NCBI GenBank assembly: GCA_047651235.1
Contig: CP178758.1
Span: 1,500,001 to 1,532,000 of the forward strand
From: Candidatus Electrothrix yaqonensis
GTDB lineage: Bacteria; Desulfobacterota; Desulfobulbia; Desulfobulbales; Desulfobulbaceae
DNA length: 32,000 nucleotides
Reading direction: 5' to 3'
Of the stretch, positions 8,714-17,720 are shown in pieces. Under the pieces are notes generated by a model. It had not been told where the DNA came from. It did not search any database and was given only the letters and a program-made list of their open reading frames with translations. Position 1 is the first letter of the stretch, and each line of letters begins with the position of its first letter. The position numbers and the translations under genes were made by a program.

Positions 8714-9013
8714 TTACCCACGTTTCCCCTCGTTCAAGATTATTGAACTCCAGTGACCCGAAAAATGAACCCGCTGTACCAAGCCCCGCGCTTCCAGTCG
8801 GTTAAAAGCTTTGCAGATACCCACCCGCGCCGTATTGATCTTTCTGCGGATATGATCATGATTTGTGAAGCTGGATTGATTGGAGTTGGTATTCTCTCGG
8901 TTCGGAATAAAGCCGTACCAGCTTTGCAGCACGTCCTTATAGCAGACATACCCTTTCTGTTCAGCGAGCTTTAAAATGTGCTTCTGGAGTTCTGACAGCG
9001 GCTGTTTTTTCAT
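8714..9013 (-). CDS. small putative winged-helix DNA-binding protein
   Basis: A 99-aa ORF. LSELQKHILKLAEQKGYVCYKDVL and ICKAFNRLEARGLVQRV look like the wHTH helices and wing of MarR/ArsR-type folds. This is a weak assignment. Confidence 0.45.
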   Translation of the reverse strand: MKKQPLSELQKHILKLAEQKGYVCYKDVLQSWYGFIPNRENTNSNQSSFTNHDHIRRKINTARVGICKAFNRLEARGLVQRVHFSGHWSSIILNEGKRG

Positions 9014-9485
9014 GGTGAGATTCTTTTCTTTTTATGGGGTATAAGAATTACCCACAATTGCGGACTGATTCAGCCTGTTGTTGATGCGTTTTTGCTCGAA
9101 ATAAAAAGGAAAATCTTTATTCTTTCGTTCAGCATAGCAAAAACTTTGCCGTATTTCACCCTTGTTTCAATGCTGAAGGCGGGCAGATATATAGCGCGTT
9201 CCCCTATAGAAAGGCAATGAAAGGTGTTCACGGTATTCATTTTAAACACTTTCAAGGGGTTGTCTTTCATGCAGGTCTTCACGCCACCTGCATTTCTTTT
9301 CTGTCTTTCCAGTTGCTCAGGGAGGTTGCAGGGGTGGGGCTTTACCTGTGATTTGTGAAAACCTGCCCCCACGGGCAAGAGACAGGGGACGCGGCATCTT
9401 ATCAGCAAATCGGATAATCGTTGATTTTATCCGGCAATATAATTAAAGTACAAGAAGGAAAAGGAAAGTACACGGAGGAAACATC

Positions 9486-9650
9486 ATGGCAACAGCAATC
9501 AAAGAAACCCCTGTTCTGAAAGGGGAGGCAGCCCGCCATTTTCTCAAGACTATAAGGGCAAATGAACAGAAAAAGGTGCCCAAGGCCGATTATAGAAGGG
9601 CAAAAGAGGCATACAAAAATTTCAAAGTAGTCTGTTCCGCCTGTGGATAG
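9486..9650 (+). CDS. 54-aa protein, putative antitoxin-type partner of the downstream GNAT gene
   Basis: It is not in the ORF track because it is under 60 aa. It reads MATAIKETPVLKGEAARHFLKTIRANEQKKVPKADYRRAKEAYKNFKVVCSACG*. A strong GGAGG RBS sits 6 nt upstream, and its stop overlaps the GNAT GTG start by 8 nt. Confidence 0.6.
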   Translation: MATAIKETPVLKGEAARHFLKTIRANEQKKVPKADYRRAKEAYKNFKVVCSACG

Positions 9651-10182
9651 TTCAGAAATTATATTTAGACGAATGGGGGCCGATGAAGATCGGCCCCTTT
9701 TTTATTGCGGTAGTCAAGACCTGAATGAATTCTTCCATGAAGATTCAAAGGAGGCGGACAGGGAACTTGTGGCCGTGACCTATGCCGTGGAAGTGGAAGG
9801 CTCGACAGTCGCCTTTTTCTGTGTCTCAAACGACTCCATACGGGCGGAAGATACCACACGCTCAAGATTCAAAAAGATACGCTCCAGCATTCCGGCAGCC
9901 AAAAGATATGCAAATATGCCAGCGGTGAAAATCGGGCGGCTTGCAACGAATTCCGACTTTCAGAGTCAGGGGATAGGAACCCGGATTCTTGATCTTATCA
10001 AGGTGTGGTTCACGGAAGGCAATAAAACAGGCTGCCGTTTCATCATCGTGGATGCGGCCAATAATGAAAGGACGCTGGAATTCTACAAACGGAACGGCTT
10101 TCAGTTTCTTGATATTCGGCCAGAAGTCGCTGAAGACAGAACCCGGTTGATGTTCTTTGATCTTCTGACTTTCAGGGAATAA
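9643..10182 (+). CDS. GNAT family N-acetyltransferase, TacT/KacT-like toxin type
   Basis: It has FYCGSQDLNEFF (the F-x-CG...L-x-F motif about 20 aa from the start, as in TacT), PAVKIGRLATNSDFQSQGIGTRIL (the acetyl-CoA loop) and IIVDAANNERTLEFYKRNGF. Confidence 0.8.
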   Translation: MDSSEIIFRRMGADEDRPLFYCGSQDLNEFFHEDSKEADRELVAVTYAVEVEGSTVAFFCVSNDSIRAEDTTRSRFKKIRSSIPAAKRYANMPAVKIGRLATNSDFQSQGIGTRILDLIKVWFTEGNKTGCRFIIVDAANNERTLEFYKRNGFQFLDIRPEVAEDRTRLMFFDLLTFRE

Positions 10183-10348
10183 AGATCATTCCCTCACAAT
10201 GAGGCGTTCTCTAAACTTCCTGCATCATTGCTGGCTGTTCTTTGGTGATTGGGAGCCGGTTTGGTGGACAAGCATAACGCCTGTTAAACTCGCATTTTTC
10301 AAAGCATGGTGGCGAGAAATGTCAGGTTGAAACTAATGTAAGTGGTTT

Positions 10349-12034
10349 CTAAATCACTATTAGTCCTGGGTTAATCGAGTGTGAGTCTATCAGGTTTACT
10401 AAATCAGTAACAAATTTTCTGTTTTGATTTATAAAACTAATAATTGATTCAAACGGATTAATTGGACTACATTCTTTATATCGGAATCCATCATATTTAA
10501 AGTATTTTTGTTCAGAATTAATGGTGTCACATTTGTAATTTGAGTATTCCAAGCCACATATTGAACAAATATCAATATCGTTTAGTTGAGACCCTCCTGA
10601 ATCAAGTATGGAAAAAAGAAATTTTTTTTCATCCCCGCCATAAGCTTGGTTAAAAACCTCTTGAAGAGAAACTTTTTTGTTATTGTCAGCCAAACCACCA
10701 AAATATACCCTTTGTACATCATCTCCTTTCAGCGTTAGATAATAGCTTGGTGTATATATTCTTGCTTCACATTCATTTGCCGCCTTATCAATACGGTAAA
10801 TAGACAAAAGAGTGTTGCACGGATTTAAAATTTCAATTTTCCCCTCAAATTCCTTTTTCTTTCTCAATAACAAAGATTCTTCAATTGCCTTTTTTACTCC
10901 ACATTTCCACATTAGGTTGTTTTCTAAACAGATTTCGGTTTCTTTTAAAATTTGATTAAATACTGATTTGATCTCTGAATTGAGTGTTTTTGAATAATAT
11001 TGTTTATTACTCCCAGTGCTGCCTGTTAGTTCTTCTATTATAGTTTTATCAGACAATAGTACATTTTCCTTAAAGCTACCTCCCCTAATTATCTCTTCTA
11101 TCTTCCACCCTTCGAGTTTCAATATCTTGTTACCTAAATTGGAAGGATAACTTGATTCGTAGTGTTCATGAAATGGTACTGGATCACAACTTAAAACATA
11201 GCCATGTAGATTATAATCTAATTCTTCTGTACTCATACTTTCAATCTCATCTTTGATGTTTTTATAATAAGAAGGATTATTTTTTATTATCTGTAGGTAT
11301 TCTTCGCGACTTAAAACGTTAACAGACGAGTAAACTATAAATTTGTATTCGGGAATGCTTTCATTTATCTCTTCATAAGTATATGAATGTTCAAATTCAA
11401 AAGAATCCGCAATATTATTTAATCCAGCGCGACACGCTAGAATTTCATACTTACGAAAATCCGGGTGAGAACTTAGTACCAACAAAACATAATTATTAAT
11501 TCCTTTTTTTAAATAACATGAGATATGACTTTTTATCCCTTTTTGAAGACTTGTTCTGTTTGAGTATAACCTAATCTCATGTTCATCACTCAGACATCTT
11601 TCGTTTTTCAATTTTAAAGGCTGTACCAAGTCAACTGATATTGGATTGTATTGGTCATCAATTTTAAGCTTGAATCCTTGAACCGAGTATGCTGATTCAG
11701 CGGCAAAACTAGAAAAAGGAACTATCAATTCACTCCATTCCGTAGATACCACATACGCAGTAATTTCATCATTTTTCAAACTTTTGCTTCTTTTGATTCC
11801 TTCGATATACTTTAAAACTTCATGAATTGCTTCGCGGCTTGAGGAAGTACTCCTCTTCAACTCAATGATTACATACCTGTTATGATCATCTGTTGCCAAT
11901 AAATCAATGAACCCTCTTGTACCTTCGTTGTTAGGAAGGAAAGACTCTTTATCAAGATATTTAAGGTTTTTATTGAATATGTCCAGACTGTTAGATAGCT
12001 TATCTCTGATTTCATTTTCGATTTTTCTTTTCAT
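10349..12034 (-). CDS. 561-aa protein: N-terminal NucS/DUF91-like PD-(D/E)XK nuclease module plus about 450 aa of unknown function
   Basis: GFIDLLATDDHNRYVIIELKRSTSSSREAIHEVLKYIEGI supplies D44 and E58-x-K60 plus the following helix, as in NucS-type nuclease domains. The rest has no motif I recognise, apart from a Cys cluster (CSICG...KCD...KEC) near the C-terminus. It is strongly AT-rich relative to its flanks. Confidence 0.75.
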   Translation of the reverse strand: MKRKIENEIRDKLSNSLDIFNKNLKYLDKESFLPNNEGTRGFIDLLATDDHNRYVIIELKRSTSSSREAIHEVLKYIEGIKRSKSLKNDEITAYVVSTEWSELIVPFSSFAAESAYSVQGFKLKIDDQYNPISVDLVQPLKLKNERCLSDEHEIRLYSNRTSLQKGIKSHISCYLKKGINNYVLLVLSSHPDFRKYEILACRAGLNNIADSFEFEHSYTYEEINESIPEYKFIVYSSVNVLSREEYLQIIKNNPSYYKNIKDEIESMSTEELDYNLHGYVLSCDPVPFHEHYESSYPSNLGNKILKLEGWKIEEIIRGGSFKENVLLSDKTIIEELTGSTGSNKQYYSKTLNSEIKSVFNQILKETEICLENNLMWKCGVKKAIEESLLLRKKKEFEGKIEILNPCNTLLSIYRIDKAANECEARIYTPSYYLTLKGDDVQRVYFGGLADNNKKVSLQEVFNQAYGGDEKKFLFSILDSGGSQLNDIDICSICGLEYSNYKCDTINSEQKYFKYDGFRYKECSPINPFESIISFINQNRKFVTDLVNLIDSHSINPGLIVI

Positions 12035-12220
12035 ATCAATAGCACTTTGATTTTTTTATAAAAGAGAGAATAAACGATTAGCTCTACCTTGCTACTGTTT
12101 CATAGCTGCTCCAAATATAACCATTACTATACAGGATAGAGGCCATTCAGGCGGCAAAAAAAGAAGGCGCAATGACGGGGGACACAGCGGGGTGTCACGG
12201 GTTCGAATACTGAAAACAGG

Positions 12221-12624
12221 TTACTGGCCTCCCTCCTGCCGCTCCGTCTTGATCCTCTGCCACCGCCGCCAGCTCTCCGGGGTGCTGATCGGCCCTATAT
12301 GCGCCTCAATCTCCCTGCCCGACGCTCCCAGCTCCAGCAGGGTTTCAAAGACCGACTGCCCACCTGACCAATACCGGTTTTATCATCAGCATCAAGCGGT
12401 ATGCGTAGCCTGCCCAGATCATCCAGAAAGGGCAACGGCAGTTCATGCCGCTGCCCTGACTCGCTCTGAAGGTATGCCAGCAGCTCCGCTTTATGCTCCC
12501 GGATCAACGGGGCAAGGCGATTAATCTGCTCCGCCTCACCCTTTGCCTTGATCCTGCCTGCCGAACCAAGACAGAAGGACACCCCGACCTGTTCGGCAAG
12601 TTCAAGAAAAGCTGCCGGTTTCAA
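12221..12624 (-). pseudogene. small island gene with a frameshift (hypothetical; leucine-rich helical N-terminus)
   Basis: The track ORF 12295-12624 (MKPAAFLELAEQVGVSF...DADDKTGIGQ) is followed in another frame by a much more protein-like continuation: YWSGGQSVFETLLELGASGREIEAHIGPISTPESWRRWQRIKTERQEGGQ*, ending at 12221. The frames switch near 12370-12385. Confidence 0.5.
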
Positions 12625-12777
12625 AACTCCTTCTCCACCTGTTTAACCGGAGAGGGTATACAGTGCGGTTTCCTGTAGGAAGTTCCTGAAACGTCCTTCA
12701 CGGTCTTTGTGTCAAACACTTTCGGGTCGTTATCCTCCTGCACAGGGCCGCTCTCCAGCTCTTCAAGCCATGATTTT

Positions 12778-15759
12778 TCACCCTCCCGGCGAATCCGCAG
12801 CCCGAATTTTTACCCCGTCGCTCTTTCTCTCTTTGCGAACATGCGCCCCTTGAGTCTGTGCAGCATCAAGCACCGATGCGCTGAACCGTTGAAGAGAAAC
12901 GCTTTTCCTTTCGTTTTCCTGACACCACGTCAGATAATTGGGATACAGGCGTTCATCGGAATCCTCATAAGAAACAGCTCCGTATTCCCGGCGTTCCTTT
13001 TTTGTGCCGACCTGTACCGCTGCATCAGGATCGGGCAAGAGGTTTTCCGCCATCCAGGCAAAAACAGGATTGTTGAACATGGCCGCATCCAGATTGGCCC
13101 GGCGTACCCGTTCCGGCATAACCCTGAAAATATCCGTGACCTCTTCACGGGAGAGCTTCAAAGCCCAATTGATGATACCCGGTGCCTCGTTGTATAGAAT
13201 CGTTTCCTCTCCGCCGCGTTTATCCCATGCGGCCCGCTCTTCCTTTGTTATCCTTCTGTCGAATTCAAGGGTTATTCTTCTGCGCTCAAGGCCGCTTGTA
13301 TAATCCGTGCTGGCAAGCCGTTCATTGCTCATCATAAGGGTTTGCCCCTCATAGATGAATGAACCTTCCTGCTGTTTGTTCTTGCGCTCCAGCCGTAGCG
13401 GGTCTTGTCCGGTCATGGCCTTCAGTTGGCTGACCGAACCGCCGTACTTGTCCGCCTCTTCAATGGCGGTTAACCGTTTGCCGTGGATATTGGCGGTTTC
13501 AAATTTATTGGTTTCCAGTTCCTTCAGACTGGTTGTGGTGGTGTTTTCATTGCCCACCAATTGAAAAGCCAATCTTCCCAAGGTGCTTTTTCCGGTGCCT
13601 GCCGGGCCGATGAGGTGGAGAAAGACCTGTAAATCAGGGCGACCTGTGAACAATGCATTGAACCATGCCTGAATCAAACGGACAGACTCCGGGTCATCAT
13701 CCAGAGCTGTTGTAAGCCATGCAAGGAAGTCCGGGCAGTCTGCATCAGGAGAGTATTCATAAGGCAATACCCAGGTATGGGCATTTTCCGCCGTTACGGG
13801 CACAAGCTTCCCTGTGTTCTGATCAAGCAGACCGTTTTGAAAGGGGATGGTGCCGGGCAGGGGATCGGGTAGCGGGTTCCGTCCGCTCTTCTGCAAGAGC
13901 TGGCTTATTCCGTTTTGGTAATTGTTGCTGAAACCGAGTCCGGCAGTTGCCGTGTAGAGCAGAGCGTTCAGGGCACCCTCAAACTCTGAAGCGGAACATT
14001 TTTGCCAGCAGCATTCATCAAAACAGTACCAGCACAGCCCGGACATGCTGAAAGCGTACAGGCCGTGCAGGGTTTCAGCGAATAATGCCGCCGCTTCCGA
14101 TTCCGGGGCCGGTCTGTCTCCTTTTTGGGTTTCAATAACCATAACCCCTTGAAGATGAAGAACTTTTTCTTTTAATGAAGAGGGTAATGAAGAATAAGGT
14201 ATTGATAATGAAGAAGATGAAGGCTGTGAAGACTGAAAACTCTTCCTTACAGGAGAAACCCTGCTTATATCCCTGTCCAGCTCCTTCAGCAGTACGGCTC
14301 CGTTTGCGGCCTTGAGGTCTTTTCGCACCCGCATAAACCGGGCCTTGTCCTTCTGCTTCAGGCGGGCCAGCATCTTCAGCGCATCCTCTGCAAAGGGTGC
14401 CCCGCAATCCTCCTTTGTCTGTTGGATGAGTTCCGGCAGGGCTGTATCATAATCAATGGGTTTCTCTGCTCCGTACCGCCTGAACCGGTATTTTATGCCG
14501 CCGTGGGCCTGACTGTAGATCAAAGGGTTCTGGCCCTCGTTCCAGTAGAAAACAGCCTTGCTCATGCTGCCCCCGTCGTATTCTGGTTCCAGAGGATCGG
14601 CACAAGACTTGTTATCAAACGCCTGCCCATTGTCCAGCACAGAGGCCACGCTGACCGGCTCTTTTTCATGAGCAAACAACAACAAATCATCATCAACAAG
14701 GATATGGTGCTGTCGGGCCTTGACCGTCTCCCGTGCCTGCTCCATGCTGACCTTTCCGCCTGATTCTGAACTGAGCTTTTCTGCTTCCTGCTCAAGGTAG
14801 GCCCCTTTAATGCGCTCCTGATCCGGGGCACCTTTCGCTTTCAGTTGGTGGATAATCTCCTGATACGTCTTTTCCTCTTCCGGGTTAAGATCGTTCAGGG
14901 CTTGGGTATCCAATAACCGGCCCGGCTGATACTCCGAGGCGGGCAACCTTTGTTCAAGGCCCTTATCACAGACAGCACCGGCCACAAAATCCAATCTCTC
15001 AGGGGAGGCAACCAGCAAATCAACCAGGGTACGCACCAACACGGCACCCGACCGGCTGAACTCCACCCGGCCATATCCGGCAAGTATCAAGCGTTTTCCC
15101 AAAACATCCAGAAAACGGGGCGTGTCCGCTGCATTCTGCGGGAACAGATAGAGGTGAAAGCCTGCGCTTTTTCCTCTCAGCTCTTTTCCTGTGTCCGTAT
15201 CATGGATACAGGAGGAAGTCGAATAAACGGCAACCTGTGCCGCTTCTTTTATGGACTCAAAAAAGCCCGCAATGGTGTTTATAAGCTCTTTCGGGCTGTA
15301 TGCCTTCAGTGCCTTCTCAGAATCAAGGGCAACCGCGTTTTTACGGGCCTTGTCATGATCCAGCATGAGCAGGCCCGGCCCGTCTGGATAGTGAAAGAAA
15401 TCCTTTGTTCTGGAGATGATCGGCAAGCCCTGTTCATCAGCCTGCGGACTCTCCCCCGGCCTTGTCTTCAGCCGCTTTCCGCTGACTATCAGGGCTTTGT
15501 CGTAATCACTCACCCCGTGGACAATGGCCTGATTGCTTTGCAATCCTTGCAGGAAGGGGCCGAATTGCTCCGGCTTTATGCGCACCGTTTCAGCCCGGCC
15601 CCTACTCATCCGACATTCTGAGCTGTCTTTTTCAATGCAGCCGTTTACCCGCTTCATGCGCTTTGTCAAAATGCCCTGTGTTTTGTGCATCAGGGTAAAA
15701 GACACTTTCTGTTCTTTACCTTTGCCCGGTGCATGGGCTTTGTTTTCCGCTAAAGTCAT
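12778..15759 (-). CDS. bifunctional primase/helicase: N-terminal AEP (prim-pol)-like region plus P4-family/D5-type SF3 helicase C-terminal domain
   Basis: The C-terminal half has FLHLIGPAGTGKSTLGRL (Walker A), RLTAIEEADKY and QTLMMSNE, as in P4 alpha/D5 helicases. The N-terminal half has LLMLDHDKA (a DxD-type motif) and GKSAGFHLYLF (an sGxH-type motif). Confidence 0.85.
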   Translation of the reverse strand: MTLAENKAHAPGKGKEQKVSFTLMHKTQGILTKRMKRVNGCIEKDSSECRMSRGRAETVRIKPEQFGPFLQGLQSNQAIVHGVSDYDKALIVSGKRLKTRPGESPQADEQGLPIISRTKDFFHYPDGPGLLMLDHDKARKNAVALDSEKALKAYSPKELINTIAGFFESIKEAAQVAVYSTSSCIHDTDTGKELRGKSAGFHLYLFPQNAADTPRFLDVLGKRLILAGYGRVEFSRSGAVLVRTLVDLLVASPERLDFVAGAVCDKGLEQRLPASEYQPGRLLDTQALNDLNPEEEKTYQEIIHQLKAKGAPDQERIKGAYLEQEAEKLSSESGGKVSMEQARETVKARQHHILVDDDLLLFAHEKEPVSVASVLDNGQAFDNKSCADPLEPEYDGGSMSKAVFYWNEGQNPLIYSQAHGGIKYRFRRYGAEKPIDYDTALPELIQQTKEDCGAPFAEDALKMLARLKQKDKARFMRVRKDLKAANGAVLLKELDRDISRVSPVRKSFQSSQPSSSSLSIPYSSLPSSLKEKVLHLQGVMVIETQKGDRPAPESEAAALFAETLHGLYAFSMSGLCWYCFDECCWQKCSASEFEGALNALLYTATAGLGFSNNYQNGISQLLQKSGRNPLPDPLPGTIPFQNGLLDQNTGKLVPVTAENAHTWVLPYEYSPDADCPDFLAWLTTALDDDPESVRLIQAWFNALFTGRPDLQVFLHLIGPAGTGKSTLGRLAFQLVGNENTTTTSLKELETNKFETANIHGKRLTAIEEADKYGGSVSQLKAMTGQDPLRLERKNKQQEGSFIYEGQTLMMSNERLASTDYTSGLERRRITLEFDRRITKEERAAWDKRGGEETILYNEAPGIINWALKLSREEVTDIFRVMPERVRRANLDAAMFNNPVFAWMAENLLPDPDAAVQVGTKKERREYGAVSYEDSDERLYPNYLTWCQENERKSVSLQRFSASVLDAAQTQGAHVRKERKSDGVKIRAADSPGG

Positions 15760-16010
15760 GATTCAGCCCTCCCTGTAATCTTTGACATTGAGGGCAAAGC
15801 GGGATAAACAGAGAACAGCCTGATCCTGTCAGAGGAAGGGTGAGCATTCCGGGGCCGACTGCCTGCCAGCTTGACAGCCTCGGAATGCGCTTTCCTGTTG
15901 ATACTTCGCTTGAATCTGTGTATAATCTTTTTAGTTGACCTTGCCCGGTTATGTTTTAGCCGCTGATCCCGTCCCGGATCATGCGGCTTTTCTCTTTCTC
16001 TTGCCTTCAT
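15756..16010 (-). CDS. 84-aa highly basic hypothetical protein, translationally coupled on both sides
   Basis: ATGA overlaps occur at 16007-16010 (with the alpA stop) and 15756-15759 (with the primase start). Composition is Arg/Lys/His rich. There is no family signature. Confidence 0.45.
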   Translation of the reverse strand: MKAREREKPHDPGRDQRLKHNRARSTKKIIHRFKRSINRKAHSEAVKLAGSRPRNAHPSSDRIRLFSVYPALPSMSKITGRAES

Positions 16011-16216
16011 GCTGCCGCCTCCTGTTCAACCTTCGGCAATCCGTCAATCCATTCCTGAATGTCATCGGATCGCCACGCCACCGAACGACTTCCCAGCCGA
16101 ACCGCTGCCGGAAAGTCTCCGGTCTTGATTCTGGCATAAATGGCAGATTTCTTTAATCCGGTGGCCTGTTCCACCTGCCCCAATCTGAGCAGAACTGCTT
16201 TCATTGCTGCTTCCAT
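16007..16216 (-). CDS. alpA: AlpA family phage regulatory protein / excisionase-type HTH
   Basis: LLRLGQVEQATGLKKSAIYARIKTGDFPAAVRLGSRSVAWRSDDIQEWI is the classic AlpA/MerR-type HTH. The start may instead be the internal ATG at 16204. Confidence 0.85.
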   Translation of the reverse strand: MEAAMKAVLLRLGQVEQATGLKKSAIYARIKTGDFPAAVRLGSRSVAWRSDDIQEWIDGLPKVEQEAAA

Positions 16217-16284
16217 GTTTGTACCTCTTGGTTGTTATGGTGCGCCGCGCACCGCTATGGATTTCGTTTCATTGTCAACGATAG

Positions 16285-17659
16285 TGATCAAGGGGTGCGA
16301 TTAAAAGTGCGGTTTCTGACACCTTACGCTGCCCAGCTTATATTCTCCCAATATTTATCCCAGTATCCGTCCGCACGGTCAACTCTCAGGGAAAGCATGA
16401 TTCGGGCATTTTCCGGTGTCCACCATGCGCTGGCTATTTTCAGACGTTCCTGGATGACATACCGGTGCGCACTTTCTATTTCTCCAGAACCGATAGGTAA
16501 ACCAAGCTGTTGAGCATCGGGATAGTCGAACTGCCCCGGACGGTTGCTCAGGTAACGCAGGCAGCAGCGGACAGGTGCATTTTGATCTTTTGTCTTTTCC
16601 GGCTCAAGATGAGGCTTCAATGCTTCGATCAGTTTTTTTTCCTGTCCCTTTTTCAGGCGCTCTTTCTGCTGCTTACTCCATGATCCTTTTCCGTCTTTCC
16701 CGGAACATGCCGGTGCAGCAGCCTCCAGGTATTCACAAACATGATAAAAATCGACAAGGTAATGTCCCTGTGAACCGAACTGTTTTTTCACCTGCCCGGA
16801 AATCCACGTTGCTCCGTCACCCACTGAATGCAGAGATGTACCCCGACCGAATCCCGCACGGCAGGCGCAATCAAAGAGAACCTTTCCCGACTCGTCAACG
16901 TTTTCCTGAAATGCAACTCCGAATTTAAGCGTCCTTTCACCGAGAACATGAGCTATACTCAGGCGTGCTTCTTTCCAGCTGTGCTTTTTACCTTTGCGCC
17001 GGTCCCTGGCATCTGTATCCGTCAGGACAATCGGAACCATGCTGCCGTCCGTCTCGGCAATAACGAAGTCCCGTCCCTTTTCAGCCGGATATTCTTCAAT
17101 TCTCTCCTGTCGACGTCTTTCATGTATGTGTCGGGCGTGAGTCTCCGTGATATTTCGGACAGTACTTACCGGTAATGTTATCCCATAATAGACCTCCTGC
17201 AAAACTTGGTGATTTGACAGAAACGGCGGATGCCAATGTGTTTTTTTGACCGCTACGGGTACAATTACCGTCCGTCGGAAGAGCTGCCCCGGATTTTTCA
17301 ATTCGACTCTCCGCCCATCCGCTGAGCACCTCATTACCCATCCGGCGAACTTCCTCAATGACCCTACTTTCGGCCTCATCAGCTTTTACAATCCCGTCTC
17401 CGTCATCACCGGCTATAGAAAGAATAGCTTGAATACGCGTTTTCAGATTTGGCTGACGGTTCAATTGATTGAGCAATTCCTTATCTTCCTGTGACAGTGA
17501 GGACATAAATATCTTCTCCGGGATAATATTATACGAACGGACAACACAGCATCCTGATTACTTGCTGTTTCTTTCTCAAAGAAATCAAAGTAACAGAAAA
17601 ATACGCTCTCATGCATCCCGTAATTGATAAAACCGCACTTGTAATCGCACCCGTGATCA
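16285..17659 (-). mobile_element. ISKra4-like insertion sequence (1375 bp) with about 30-bp imperfect terminal inverted repeats
   Basis: The left end tgatcaaggggtgcgattaaaagtgcggttt (16285-) matches the reverse complement of the right end, tgatcacgggtgcgattacaagtgcggtttt (-17659). I saw no target duplication. Confidence 0.7.
16324..17506 (-). pseudogene. ISKra4/ISLre2-type DDE transposase, split into two overlapping frames (17120-17506 and 16324-17379)
   Basis: Motifs are SVGDGATWI, YLVDFYHVCEYL and LPIGSGEIESAHRYVIQERLK...WW. An A7 tract (17241-17247, T7 on the plus strand) lies within the frame overlap. The family call is from motif memory only. Confidence 0.65.
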
Positions 17660-17672
17660 AGAAAAGAATTGC

Positions 17673-17720
17673 TGGCAAATGCCAAACAAAAAAGGCAATT
17701 GCCAAATATGACAAATGCCT
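17673..17720. promoter_or_regulatory. array of three related palindromes (tggcaaatgcca, ggcaattgcc, tgacaaatgcct): operator-like sites
   Basis: Direct reading places them at 17673-17684, 17694-17703 and 17709-17720. The first two centres are 20 bp apart. The array lies in the orf278-alpA intergenic region and directly abuts the IS right end. Confidence 0.35.

Noticed and set aside
8713-9056. 10-bp direct repeat aattacccac on both sides of the 99-aa wHTH gene (8713-8722 and 9047-9056)
   Set aside because: A single 10-mer pair with no extended similarity. Many such pairs are expected by chance in 32 kb. I noted it but do not treat it as a mobile-cassette boundary.
9070-9408. 112-aa minus-strand ORF in the wHTH-GNAT intergenic region
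   Set aside because: There is no RBS and the translation is an implausible Cys/Pro/Lys mix. The region more likely carries divergent promoters, with a TATAAT at 9438-9443 for the GNAT operon.
12185-12215. ggggtgtcacgggttcgaatac, resembling a tRNA T-arm (GGTTCGAAT) and so a possible att or tRNA fragment
   Set aside because: No complementary T-stem follows. It does not match the tRNA-Leu(CAA) sequence, and its orientation is opposite to that expected for a direct repeat of the tRNA 3' end.
12709-15621. Plus-strand ORFs (for example 14950-15621, 223 aa) and small minus-strand ORFs inside the primase gene
   Set aside because: They are antisense to, or out of frame with, the 993-aa primase/helicase. 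They show no RBS or motif support.
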